Positions 19,878 to 29,608 of a stretch of DNA of 59,830 bases are shown here, one piece after another. The DNA lies in the IMG/VR virus record IMGVR_UViG_3300000351_000079, positions 1-59,830 of that record. The stretch is one strand, 5' to 3'. The notes beneath the pieces are model-generated. The model made no database searches. It was not told the origin of the DNA and saw only the letters and a list, made by a program, of their open reading frames with translations. Every line of letters begins with the position of its first letter. Position 1 is the first letter of the stretch. Source of the stretch: a virus. Taxonomy: Duplodnaviria; Caudoviricetes. The position numbers were made by a program, and so were the translations under genes.

Positions 19878-19960
19878 CCCCCGCCCATTGCTTGTATTTA
19901 TTAGCGAAGGGTACCGCGTAGGGGGACGTTTAATTTACACAAAGTCAATTTTTTGAAAAT
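19877..19960 (+). other. putative cos packaging site of element 1
   Basis: GC-rich CCCCCGCCC...AGGGTACCGCGTAGGGGGAC...ATTTTTTGAAAA between HNH and terS, the usual cos position; core duplicated at 54701-54720. Confidence 0.75.
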
Positions 19961-20062
19961 CATAATTTTTGAACTGGTAATATAAAAGCAGAAGATTTTA
20001 AAATAATGAAACATATATTATGTTGATTAATAATTTGTAATAATATTAACGGAGGAGTATGT

Positions 20063-20749
20063 ATGATAACTACTGATTCAATTACCCGAGTTTTAAAAAT
20101 AAGATTTCGTGAGTCTTCAGCTACAGCCTTTACGATTGAAAAAAATGATGTTCAATATCTCGTCACAGCAAAACATCTTTTTGACAACATTAGTTCAGGA
20201 AGCAAGGTTGATTTAGAAGTAACTCGAGAGAAAAAGCAATACAATTTATCATGCCAAGTTTTCTTCCATGAGATTAAAGAGATTGATATTGCAGTTTTAA
20301 AACTGCTTATAAATTCAAATATAACAAATAGAACAAATGTTGATTTTAGTGGAAATCTTATAATACTGGGACATGATGCATATATATTGGGCTTTCCTTT
20401 TGGTTTATTGAATTCGGACATAGAGGGAAATTTTAATTATCCTACACCGTTTGTTAAACGTGGATGCATATCCGCTACATTAAGGGAAAATGATGTGGAT
20501 GTGATTTATGCTGATACAGTAAATAATGTCGGATTTTCTGGAGGTCCTATGGTTACATATGATCCTAAAAATTATAAAAATCAATATATTATAGGAGTTA
20601 TTAGTGGATATAGGATTCATGTTTCAAACGTTTTTAATAAGCAAAATAAAGAAATTGATTTTTATGTTAAAGAGAATAGTGGTTTAACAAAAGCATATTC
20701 TATCAAATATGTTTTTGATATTATAGATAAAATGCAATTGATGATTTAA
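20063..20749 (+). CDS. trypsin-like serine protease (moron)
   Basis: Triad motifs VTAKH, DIAVL, GFSGGP; no signal peptide. Confidence 0.85.
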   Translation: MITTDSITRVLKIRFRESSATAFTIEKNDVQYLVTAKHLFDNISSGSKVDLEVTREKKQYNLSCQVFFHEIKEIDIAVLKLLINSNITNRTNVDFSGNLIILGHDAYILGFPFGLLNSDIEGNFNYPTPFVKRGCISATLRENDVDVIYADTVNNVGFSGGPMVTYDPKNYKNQYIIGVISGYRIHVSNVFNKQNKEIDFYVKENSGLTKAYSIKYVFDIIDKMQLMI

Positions 20750-20762
20750 ACTCAGCATATAT

Positions 20763-21131
20763 ATGTCATATAACAATTATAATAGAGGTGATGATTTTCT
20801 GAAAACAGCAGAGATTATATTAGAGTACAAGCGGCTAAAGTCGCTTTTTTCATTGGTTGACGATTCAAAAAAAGAGTTGGTAGACAATCTGATTTATCAA
20901 GCTGCTTTCATGAATGTAGAGTTATCTAAACTTCAGGAACAGATGATTAAGTATGGCGCAATACAAATTTCTACCAAAGGCGCACAAAGACAAACTGAAG
21001 CAGCTAAGTATTATACAAAGCTTGTTAATTCATATGGAACAGTTATAAAGACTTTAAACTCAATTCTAGGAACTCAAGTCAATGATGGAGATGATGCCTT
21101 TGATGAATTTCTTAAGAGAGCAAGTGAATGA
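20763..21131 (+). CDS. terminase small subunit (P27-like); start uncertain
   Basis: Helical ~120-aa ORF ending DDAFDEFL, overlapping terL (ATGA). Confidence 0.75.
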   Translation: MSYNNYNRGDDFLKTAEIILEYKRLKSLFSLVDDSKKELVDNLIYQAAFMNVELSKLQEQMIKYGAIQISTKGAQRQTEAAKYYTKLVNSYGTVIKTLNSILGTQVNDGDDAFDEFLKRASE

Positions 21132-22771
21132 ACTACCTAATTGAGTATTACAATGAAATCCAAAAAGGCAACATTATAGTTGGTGATGAACTAAAAAAGC
21201 AAATTGATAAGTTAATACTTGATCTAAGTGATCCAAGATATGTATTTGATGAAAAACCAGGGAACTTAAGAATAGATTTTATTCAAACATTCTGTAAACA
21301 TACTAAATCACCATTTAATGGACAACCATTTATATTAGAACTTTGGGAAAAAGCAATTATTCAAACTGCGTATGGGTTTAAAATAGCAAGTTCAGGGTTA
21401 AGACGTTTTAATGAAGTCATATTACTTATTGCGCGTAAGAACGGTAAAACAACTTTCATCGCTGGTGTAGATCTTGCTGAATTCTTTTTATCAAGAGGTG
21501 GTGTTGATATTGTATGTGCTTCAAATACAACAGAACAAGCAAACATCCTTTTTGAAGAGATAAATAACATGCGTGAGCAATCACCTTCGCTATCTAAAGA
21601 TACCAGAAGTAAAAAGAACATCTTCTTTATCTATTCACCTAAAACTAAGAACAAGATAAAGAAGTTATCAGCCCAATCAAGAAATAAAGATGGGTACAAT
21701 ATTGAAGTTGGTTGTATAGATGAAGTTCATGAAATGACGGATTCAAAAGTTTATGATGCGATTAAACAATCACAATCTACAAAGAAAGAACCATTAATTT
21801 TTATTATAACCACCGAGGGGACATCTGTAGGTGGTTTTTTAGATAGTAAGTTAGAGTATGCTAGAAAAATGATTAAAGATGAAATAGAAGATGAGAGAGT
21901 ATTACCTTGGCTATACACTCAAGACTCAGCTAAAGAGATCTATGATGATCCTAACACATGGCAAAAGTCTAATCCAAGCTTAGGTGTTGTTAAGACAAGG
22001 TCATATCTTGAAGACGTTATGAACAAATCCAAACACGACTTATCAACAAGAGTTACAATGCTTTGTAAGGACTTTAACATCAAACAAGCAGATTCTGGTT
22101 CATGGTTATCTTATGATGATCTAAATAATGAAGAAAGATATAACCTTGATGATTTAAGGGATAGTTATGCTATTGGTGGTGTAGACTTATCATCAACTAC
22201 AGATTTAACAGCTGCAGTTCTTATTATTCAAAAAAGAGATAGTAATAAGAAGTATATTATCCCACATTTCTTTATGCCTAGTGAAGTATTAGAAAAAAGA
22301 ATCACAGAAGATAATGTGCCTTATGATATTTGGATTAAAAAAGGATTTGTAACATTAACAGATGGCAATCAAAACGATTTCAGTCTAGTTACTAAATGGT
22401 TTATGAAAATGATTCAAACGTATGGTATAAGACCTCTTTGGGTAGGATACGATCCTTGGAACTCACAGTATTGGATTAAAGAGATGGAAGACTTAGGATT
22501 CAATATGGAAAAAGTAAGACAAGGTATTTATTCGTTATCAGAACCTATGAAGCAAATGGAAGCTGACTTAAAAAATAAATTAATTGTTTACGATAATAAT
22601 CCAATCTTAAAATGGTGTTTAGCTAATACACAAGCTAAAGTAGATTTAAATGGGAACATACAACCATCGAAGTTAAATTCAAAGTATAAAAGAATTGATG
22701 GAACTGTAGCATTGATTATTACTTATACAGTGCTTAACAGATATAAAATTGATTATGAAAATATGATATAA
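21128..22771 (+). CDS. terL: terminase large subunit (Terminase_1, cos type)
   Basis: ARKNGKT Walker A, IDEVH, GVDLSSTTDLT nuclease motif, KRIDG. Confidence 0.95.
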   Translation: MNYLIEYYNEIQKGNIIVGDELKKQIDKLILDLSDPRYVFDEKPGNLRIDFIQTFCKHTKSPFNGQPFILELWEKAIIQTAYGFKIASSGLRRFNEVILLIARKNGKTTFIAGVDLAEFFLSRGGVDIVCASNTTEQANILFEEINNMREQSPSLSKDTRSKKNIFFIYSPKTKNKIKKLSAQSRNKDGYNIEVGCIDEVHEMTDSKVYDAIKQSQSTKKEPLIFIITTEGTSVGGFLDSKLEYARKMIKDEIEDERVLPWLYTQDSAKEIYDDPNTWQKSNPSLGVVKTRSYLEDVMNKSKHDLSTRVTMLCKDFNIKQADSGSWLSYDDLNNEERYNLDDLRDSYAIGGVDLSSTTDLTAAVLIIQKRDSNKKYIIPHFFMPSEVLEKRITEDNVPYDIWIKKGFVTLTDGNQNDFSLVTKWFMKMIQTYGIRPLWVGYDPWNSQYWIKEMEDLGFNMEKVRQGIYSLSEPMKQMEADLKNKLIVYDNNPILKWCLANTQAKVDLNGNIQPSKLNSKYKRIDGTVALIITYTVLNRYKIDYENMI

Positions 22772-22791
22772 TTCTCATAAGAGGTGGTATT

Positions 22792-23970
22792 ATGTCAAAT
22801 GAGTCAATTGAAAAGTTAAAATATCAACATTTGAAACCTAGAACAATCAGTGATAAAAATCTTTATCTAACGGATTTAAATATGGCTGTAAGTAGAAGCT
22901 TTTCTGGAAGAATAGGAGCTGAGATTTCTACAGGGTTTTTATTTGAAGCTGAACATATGATAGCTAATTCAATAAAACAATATGAACTAGGAATGTTTGA
23001 TGCAGCCTTTTACAGTTTGAGAGCTACTTTAGAAATATTCATGCTACTAGTTTACTTTATAGAACATCAAGACTTAGAAATCAGTGAGCATGTAAAGAAA
23101 TGGGATAGTCTAGGGCGAATGGATACATATTCAATCATGGACAAGTATTTATCTAAGAAAAGTGAATTATATATTGATATAAAAGGTTCGATGAATTTGT
23201 ATTTTGAATCACTTAAAATATTGAACAGAAAACTGAATAAAAAAGTCCATAAGCAAAGTTTTATGAATTTTTATACACATAGAACTCACTTCGTCATTGG
23301 AGAAAATTATGATATTGACGCTGAGCAAGTTTTCTATGAGGAATCATTACGTAAAATTATTGGTGCAGTAGTAGTTTTTAGATTATTTATTGATCCTATG
23401 CCAATATTATTAATGGATGAAGAAATTTTCTTTAGAACTAGAGATACAATGTCAGGACCACTGTATGAAGAATTTGTTGACCGTTACATAGGTAAAGAAA
23501 ATATTGAAGATTATAAGAAATGCGAATTGTATCAAAATCACTATCAAGATTTTATGCAAGATAAAAAACTGCATACTTCTGTTGCATATTTACTAAAGTT
23601 TAAAACGATTGATATAACAAAAAAAGAAGAGATAGAAGACCAATTCTCTGAATTGTATGAGGACGATAAACTAGCATTCAGAATTGCCTGTGAATCTAAT
23701 AAAATATATGCTATAGATATTTACAATGGAATGAGAAAATATTTGATAAATACAGTTCCGGAAGATATGCAACCATATTATAGAAACATGGAACATAAAA
23801 AATACTTCAAGCTAGAAGAAGACATACACAACCAACCTTTTGAAGATATCTTTATTTCCATATTTGTATTTAATAATCATAGACTCTTCATAGAACAGGC
23901 TGAGAAACTAGATGAAAATTGCTTAACAAAAATTAGAAGTCATATTGATGAATATTCCAACAAAACTTAG
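22792..23970 (+). CDS. hypothetical protein inserted between terL and portal
   Basis: GAGGTG RBS; N-terminal AAFYSLRATLE...NKKVH HEPN-like pattern. Confidence 0.65.
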   Translation: MSNESIEKLKYQHLKPRTISDKNLYLTDLNMAVSRSFSGRIGAEISTGFLFEAEHMIANSIKQYELGMFDAAFYSLRATLEIFMLLVYFIEHQDLEISEHVKKWDSLGRMDTYSIMDKYLSKKSELYIDIKGSMNLYFESLKILNRKLNKKVHKQSFMNFYTHRTHFVIGENYDIDAEQVFYEESLRKIIGAVVVFRLFIDPMPILLMDEEIFFRTRDTMSGPLYEEFVDRYIGKENIEDYKKCELYQNHYQDFMQDKKLHTSVAYLLKFKTIDITKKEEIEDQFSELYEDDKLAFRIACESNKIYAIDIYNGMRKYLINTVPEDMQPYYRNMEHKKYFKLEEDIHNQPFEDIFISIFVFNNHRLFIEQAEKLDENCLTKIRSHIDEYSNKT

Positions 23971-23979
23971 GAGGTGCTC

Positions 23980-25200
23980 ATGGCCATATTTAAGAGAAAA
24001 AATAAAACTGGCTCGATTGATGCCTTACAAATCATTAATAATACAAACACATTTTATACACCTTTTGGAACTAACATTTCAAAAAGTGATGTGGTTAAGA
24101 TTTGTATAGATCGTGTGGCCAGTCAATGCGCAAAACTAAAACCAAGATATATTAAAACAGAAAACGATAAGACAGTATCCGAGAAAAGCGGAAAACTGTC
24201 TTTTCTTTTGAAGCATAAACCAAACGAAGTCATGACACCTTATGATTTTATCTACAAGGTTGTTACAATTCTATTGTTAAATGATAATGCCTTTATTTAT
24301 CCAAGGTTTGATAAATTTACAGGACACCTCATAGGGCTTTATCCATTAAAGCCGATTACGGTTGAAATGATAATTGATCAACAAGATCAATATTATGTTA
24401 AATTCTTATTTGTGAATGGAGATTCCTATACACTCCCTTATGAAAACATCATTCATTTAAGGAAGCATTATGGCCAAAACGATATCTTTGGTGGTAATGG
24501 ATCAAGTGGTGATCATGAAGCGATTCTTAAAACAATATCAATTAATGACAGTTTACTACAAGGTATTGATAATGCCATAAAATCATCGATGCAAATTAAA
24601 GGTATTGTTAAGATGAATGGGATGTTATCAGAAGTCGATAAGAAAAAACAAAGAGAACTCTTTGATAGTGCACTCTCAGATTCTATTAACAATAAAGGCA
24701 GTTCTATTATCCCGATTGATTTAAAGAGTGAATATATACCATTAGAAGTTGATCCTAAACTGATAGATAAAGATACACTTGAATTCTTACAGTCAAAGAT
24801 ATTAGATTATTTTGGAGTATCAGTACCAATCTTTACAAACAAGTACACAGAAGATGAATATAACTCGTTTTACGAGTCAACCATTGAGCCTTTAGCTATT
24901 CAACTTAGCGAGGCTTTTTCTATAGGTTTACTAACTAATAACCAACTAGAACGTGGTGAGGAGATTGTCTTCTTTAGTGAAAGATTACAATATGCATCCT
25001 GGAACACAAAAGTAACAGCGATTGAAAAGCTCATGAGCCTCGGTATCATGTCACTTAATGAATCAAGAGCATTATTAGGGCTAGAACCTATTGAAGGTGG
25101 ACACAAACGACTTCAATCATTAAACTTTGTTGATGCGGATAAAGCAAACCTATATCAAGTTGGAAAGAAAGAGGAAGAAGAATATGAAAGTAACGATTAA
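23980..25200 (+). CDS. HK97-family portal protein
   Basis: LLKHKPN, IIHLR, NESRALLGLEP; ATG 23980 after GGAGG. Confidence 0.93.
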   Translation: MAIFKRKNKTGSIDALQIINNTNTFYTPFGTNISKSDVVKICIDRVASQCAKLKPRYIKTENDKTVSEKSGKLSFLLKHKPNEVMTPYDFIYKVVTILLLNDNAFIYPRFDKFTGHLIGLYPLKPITVEMIIDQQDQYYVKFLFVNGDSYTLPYENIIHLRKHYGQNDIFGGNGSSGDHEAILKTISINDSLLQGIDNAIKSSMQIKGIVKMNGMLSEVDKKKQRELFDSALSDSINNKGSSIIPIDLKSEYIPLEVDPKLIDKDTLEFLQSKILDYFGVSVPIFTNKYTEDEYNSFYESTIEPLAIQLSEAFSIGLLTNNQLERGEEIVFFSERLQYASWNTKVTAIEKLMSLGIMSLNESRALLGLEPIEGGHKRLQSLNFVDADKANLYQVGKKEEEEYESND

Positions 25201-25402
25201 TGGCAAGATATCAAATGAAGCGTTAAAAAGTATCTTAGAAACACAAAAAGAAAAAACAAAAACGATTGCTGATTTTTGTAAGAAAGAAAAACTAGATACA
25301 TTTTCATATAAGGATTCAGAACTTGAGTTTGACTATGAACAAGAAACAAAACCAAAACAAGTAAAGAAAGTTGAGGTTAGACAAAATGATAAAAGAAACT
25401 AG
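25184..25402 (+). CDS. 72-aa hypothetical protein between portal and protease
   Basis: ATG 25184 after GAGGAAG; overlaps both neighbours. Confidence 0.55.
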   Translation: MKVTINGKISNEALKSILETQKEKTKTIADFCKKEKLDTFSYKDSELEFDYEQETKPKQVKKVEVRQNDKRN

Positions 25403-25976
25403 ACTTGCTGATGTAACACTTCATGAAGATGAAGGTAAGATGATCTTAGAAGGCTATGCTTTAGTCTTTAATAATGAAACATTAATTGGTGATGAGACTT
25501 ATGGATTTATAGAAGAAATATCACCTACAGCCTTACAAGAAACCAAAATGAAGGATGTTCCTATGAAATACAATCATATGGACTCCTTTTTAATTATTGC
25601 AAGAACAAAGAATAAATCACTTGAACTTACAGTTGATCATATCGGACTAAAGGTAAGAGCAGAACTCTTAGATACCAGTCATAACCAAGATATTTACAAA
25701 ATGGTTAGAAGTGGACTGTTAGATAAGATGAGTTTTGCTTTTACGGTTGATGAACAGGTATGGAACCGTGAAGGGGACATTCCTAAAAGAACTATTACAA
25801 AGATAGAAAGGTTGTATGATGTGTCGGTTGTGGATACACCGGCCTATGATGCAACGTCTATATACGCTCGTTCTTTAGAATCCATGGAGTTGGAACTAAA
25901 GACTATGGAGTTAGCAGAGCAAAATGAAAAATCAAATTTAATTAAAAAACGTATCAAAATTAAAACTCAAATCTAA
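25386..25976 (+). CDS. HK97-family prohead protease
   Basis: EGYALVFN, YNH, MSFAF, DVSVVDTPAY. Confidence 0.93.
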   Translation: MIKETRLADVTLHEDEGKMILEGYALVFNNETLIGDETYGFIEEISPTALQETKMKDVPMKYNHMDSFLIIARTKNKSLELTVDHIGLKVRAELLDTSHNQDIYKMVRSGLLDKMSFAFTVDEQVWNREGDIPKRTITKIERLYDVSVVDTPAYDATSIYARSLESMELELKTMELAEQNEKSNLIKKRIKIKTQI

Positions 25977-25990
25977 GGAGAGAAAGATCT

Positions 25991-27130
25991 ATGAATTTAG
26001 AATTAAGAAGAAAAGAAATCGAATCAAGATTAAAAGAAATTAGAAGCCTAGTAGATAGTGAAGCTGATCTAGAAAAGCTAGAAGCTTTGGAATCAGAAAC
26101 AACTACCCTTCAAGAAGAAAGAACATCAATTGATAAAAAGATGTTGATTGCTTCTAAAACTGAATTTAAACCCATTCAAGTAGATAATCGCCAAATGGTG
26201 GATAAAGAGAAACTAGAAACAAGAGGGCAAAGCTTAAAAGAAAGCAGAGTCATCCAAGTATCTAGTTCAGAGATATTACTTCCTGATCACACATCAACGA
26301 ACCTTGCACCAGTTCCATTTGCTCAAGTGTCAAGTTTAGTTGATCGTGTGAATGTGATTAACTTAAACGGTGGTGAAACCTATAAGAAATCATTTGTCAA
26401 AACAAATGGTATTGCTGGAACCACTGCAGAAGGTGCGGCTTACTCTGAAACAGAACCTGCATTTGGTTATTTAACCATTTCAAAAGTAAAGATTACTGCT
26501 TATACAGAGATTACTGAAGAGTTAGAAAAACTACCTTCAATTCCTTATCAAGCGGAAGTCTTACGTAATATCAATATTTCACTTAAAAAGAAGATTAGTG
26601 AACAAATCTTACGTGGTGCAGGAACAACCAATACATTCACTGGAATCTTTAGTGAAGCTGCGATTGCACTTGCTGATAAAGCAGCACTTGAAATTGAAGC
26701 GATTACGGATTCAACACTTGATGACATCGTATTTGCCTATGGTGGTGATGAAGAAGTCGAAGGTGGTGCAGTTCTTATTTTAAATAAGAATGATTTAAGA
26801 GCATTTGCTGGACTTAAGACACAAGAAGGACGTAAGGTTCATACCATTGATTATGTCAACAAAACGATTGATGGCATTCCTTATATCATCAACTCACATT
26901 GTAAAGCAATCTCAGATACAAACACAGCTGCAGGTGAATATGCAATCGCTTATGGTGCACTTAAAAATTATGAAGTCCCAGTATTCTCACCAGTAGAAAT
27001 TGGTAAGTCAACAGATTACAAATTTAAAGACGGTATCATCAGTTATAAAGCTTCAGTCTTTACCGGTGGTAACGTTGTGGGATATAACGGATTCTTACGT
27101 ATCAAAAAGAAAGCTGCACCTGCAGGATAA
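25991..27130 (+). CDS. major capsid protein (HK97 fold with N-terminal delta domain)
   Basis: Coiled-coil N-terminus, AEGAAYSE, ILRGAGT, position after the protease. Confidence 0.92.
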   Translation: MNLELRRKEIESRLKEIRSLVDSEADLEKLEALESETTTLQEERTSIDKKMLIASKTEFKPIQVDNRQMVDKEKLETRGQSLKESRVIQVSSSEILLPDHTSTNLAPVPFAQVSSLVDRVNVINLNGGETYKKSFVKTNGIAGTTAEGAAYSETEPAFGYLTISKVKITAYTEITEELEKLPSIPYQAEVLRNINISLKKKISEQILRGAGTTNTFTGIFSEAAIALADKAALEIEAITDSTLDDIVFAYGGDEEVEGGAVLILNKNDLRAFAGLKTQEGRKVHTIDYVNKTIDGIPYIINSHCKAISDTNTAAGEYAIAYGALKNYEVPVFSPVEIGKSTDYKFKDGIISYKASVFTGGNVVGYNGFLRIKKKAAPAG

Positions 27131-27154
27131 ACTCGTTAAGAAAGGATTGATTTC

Positions 27155-27451
27155 ATGGCCATACTAGATATTGTAAAAAAGGCACTACTTATCCCCCAAG
27201 TAGAGACTTATGCAGATGATGAGTTGTCAACACACATCAATAGTTGTAAACACTACCTGATGAGTTGTGGGATTGATCCTTCTTATATAAATGATGAATC
27301 AAATCCAATGGTTAGTACAGCCATTATTATTTATGTGAAGACATTTTACGGCTTTAAAAACGATGGAAGCGCAAAAGAACTACCGAAGTCATTTGATATG
27401 CTGGTAGGTCAACTCGCATTAACAAAAGGAAGTGCAGCAAATGTATCCTAA
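27155..27451 (+). CDS. head-tail connector (gp6-like)
   Basis: LDIVKKALLI...DDEL; position after capsid. Confidence 0.8.
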   Translation: MAILDIVKKALLIPQVETYADDELSTHINSCKHYLMSCGIDPSYINDESNPMVSTAIIIYVKTFYGFKNDGSAKELPKSFDMLVGQLALTKGSAANVS

Positions 27452-27776
27452 TTCCCCCAATATAAGAATGCACTTACTAACCTTGGAGATGGTTCCAAAC
27501 ACCATGGGTGTGATGAACTATCAGTTTATCTCAAAAAAAGAAGTGATCGGTATTAACTTTAGTATTACTTCAAGAGAATATTATGAGAGTAAACGTTCAG
27601 ATATAAGAATTGATGTCGCAGTTAAAGTACAAAGTTTTATCTATGATCATTCAAAGTATGTCGATATTGGAAATGTCATCTATAAAGTGGAAAGAACTTA
27701 TTCAGCAGGGCAGTTCATAGAACTCTATTTAAAAAGAACATCAATAAAGCTAGGTGAGATTATTGATTACACTTGA
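27441..27776 (+). CDS. head closure protein
   Basis: SITSREYY...YKVERTY...IELY; synteny. Confidence 0.75.
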   Translation: MYPNSPNIRMHLLTLEMVPNTMGVMNYQFISKKEVIGINFSITSREYYESKRSDIRIDVAVKVQSFIYDHSKYVDIGNVIYKVERTYSAGQFIELYLKRTSIKLGEIIDYT

Positions 27777-28143
27777 TGATCTTGGCAAGGCCATAGAAGA
27801 TGAAGTCGATACGTATGTTGAAGGACTTATTCCAAAACTAGAATTGAGACTGAATGAAACAGCTGAAGACATCTTAAACTACATGAAACGTAATGCACCA
27901 AGAAGTGGTTATAAAAATGCCTTTGCTGATTCATTTGTCACTGCGTCATCTGGAACAGGTATGAACAAATCAATATCTATATATTCAGAAGGTAAAGGTG
28001 GACTCACCCATTTACTTGAGTTTGGCTATACACACCGTAGTGGAAAGTATGTCGGTCCAAGACCCTTTATGCGTCCAGCTTACGATATGTTTACACCAAA
28101 AATGTTGGAAGATATCAAAGAAATCATTACTAAAGGAAATTGA
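27763..28143 (+). CDS. HK97 gp10-like protein
   Basis: LTHLLEFG...RPFMRPA. Confidence 0.85.
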   Translation: MITLDDLGKAIEDEVDTYVEGLIPKLELRLNETAEDILNYMKRNAPRSGYKNAFADSFVTASSGTGMNKSISIYSEGKGGLTHLLEFGYTHRSGKYVGPRPFMRPAYDMFTPKMLEDIKEIITKGN

Positions 28144-28144
28144 T

Positions 28145-28480
28145 ATGAAAGAAATTTTAGAATCACTTTATCAAACACTAAGTTCTGTATTACCTGGACA
28201 AGTGAACTATGGTAAAAAAGAAACGATTGATAGTGCTGATGATTATATCATTTATCAAGAAATATCGAATAGAGGCACACTATACGCAGATGATCGAGTG
28301 ACCATGCGTATATTAACGATACAGTTAAATTTAATTACAAAACAGAAGAACCTCGAGTTAGAAGAAAAGCTCGAGGTATCTTTGTATTATGGTGGTTATG
28401 AATTTCAAATGATCACCGAATATCAAAATGAGGACGGCTCAATAAACCGAGTATATGAAATCAAATTGGAGGTTTTATAA
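28145..28480 (+). CDS. tail terminator / completion protein
   Basis: YIIYQE...YADD; ATG 28145; synteny. Confidence 0.7.
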   Translation: MKEILESLYQTLSSVLPGQVNYGKKETIDSADDYIIYQEISNRGTLYADDRVTMRILTIQLNLITKQKNLELEEKLEVSLYYGGYEFQMITEYQNEDGSINRVYEIKLEVL

Positions 28481-28482
28481 CA

Positions 28483-29049
28483 ATGAGTAATAAAGTAACA
28501 TTTGGTTTAACCAATGTGCATTATGCACTAGCAACACAAACAGAAGATGGTAGTTGGACCTTTGGAGTACCTAAAAGATTAGAAGGTGCACAAGAAATTA
28601 CAACAGAAGCGATTGGTGGAAGTGCACAAGTCTATGCAGATGATAAAGTGATCGCAACTTTAGTTTCAAATTCAGGGTCTAACGTGACGCTAAAGTTTAC
28701 GGAAATTGATGAAACATTTAAAAAAGATATCTTTGGTTTTTTAGAAGATACAAATGGAAACTTAGTAGAAATCCTAAACGCAGAAACAAAAACATTTGCA
28801 TTAGGCTATGAAATCCAAGGTGATATCAAAGCAAGACGCATTTGGTATTACTTATGTACAGCAACACCATCTGGCGATTCAAGCAAATCTAAAGCAGATT
28901 CCATTGAAGCAAACTCAATTGAGCTTAATATAACCGCTAGACCAATCGAATCTGGTGATATGTTAATCTTAAGAACCATTGCAGGAGCAAGCGACTCAAA
29001 CTATGCATCGTTTTTGACAACAGCACCTGCCTTACCAACATTCATTTAA
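28483..29049 (+). CDS. major tail protein (phi13-like)
   Basis: NKVTFGLTNVHYA, YADD, FALGYE. Confidence 0.9.
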   Translation: MSNKVTFGLTNVHYALATQTEDGSWTFGVPKRLEGAQEITTEAIGGSAQVYADDKVIATLVSNSGSNVTLKFTEIDETFKKDIFGFLEDTNGNLVEILNAETKTFALGYEIQGDIKARRIWYYLCTATPSGDSSKSKADSIEANSIELNITARPIESGDMLILRTIAGASDSNYASFLTTAPALPTFI

Positions 29050-29059
29050 GGAGTAGCAA

Positions 29060-29407
29060 ATGGAAAAAACACTAAAACTAGGTGATCATGACTATCGCCT
29101 ACATTCATCATTATTTACAATCATTGATTACCGCAATGTCTTTTCAACTGAACTATTTAGTGATATTAAAAAGCTAGAAAAAACCGGTAAAAAAGAAGAA
29201 GATTTATCAACAGTCATTGATACAATCTTTAGAATTATCTATGTGCTTCATAGACCCTTTAGCAAACAATCTTATAATGACTTTTTAATGTCCCTAGACT
29301 TTGGTTTATTAAGTAACCAGGATGAACTACAAAATCTGACGAATACGATAGGTGAAATGCTCGGGACATTTCAGAAAAGCACAACCACACCCAGTAAATC
29401 AAAGTAG
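29060..29407 (+). CDS. tail assembly chaperone (gpG-like)
   Basis: Between major tail and tape measure genes; AAGGAG RBS. Confidence 0.75.
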   Translation: MEKTLKLGDHDYRLHSSLFTIIDYRNVFSTELFSDIKKLEKTGKKEEDLSTVIDTIFRIIYVLHRPFSKQSYNDFLMSLDFGLLSNQDELQNLTNTIGEMLGTFQKSTTTPSKSK

Positions 29408-29597
29408 CAATGAAGAAAAAGACATCACAGCTAACATTATTTTTAATCTTGCGCATTTAGGATTATCGATTGAAGATACAAAATCATTTGATTTAGAAAC
29501 ATACTTTTCTATTGTTGAACTTGAGAAAAATGTGATAAGTGGAAATAAATCTAGTAAACGAGCAACACAGTATGATATCGATAACTTTCTTATTTAG
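29370..29597 (+). CDS. tail chaperone extension (gpT-like), probably reached by frameshift
   Basis: Overlapping +1 frame with no RBS; ends RATQYDIDNF like other gpT-type ORFs. Confidence 0.6.
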   Translation, partial: FRKAQPHPVNQSSNEEKDITANIIFNLAHLGLSIEDTKSFDLETYFSIVELEKNVISGNKSSKRATQYDIDNFLI

Positions 29598-29608
29598 GAG
29601 GTGGAAAC

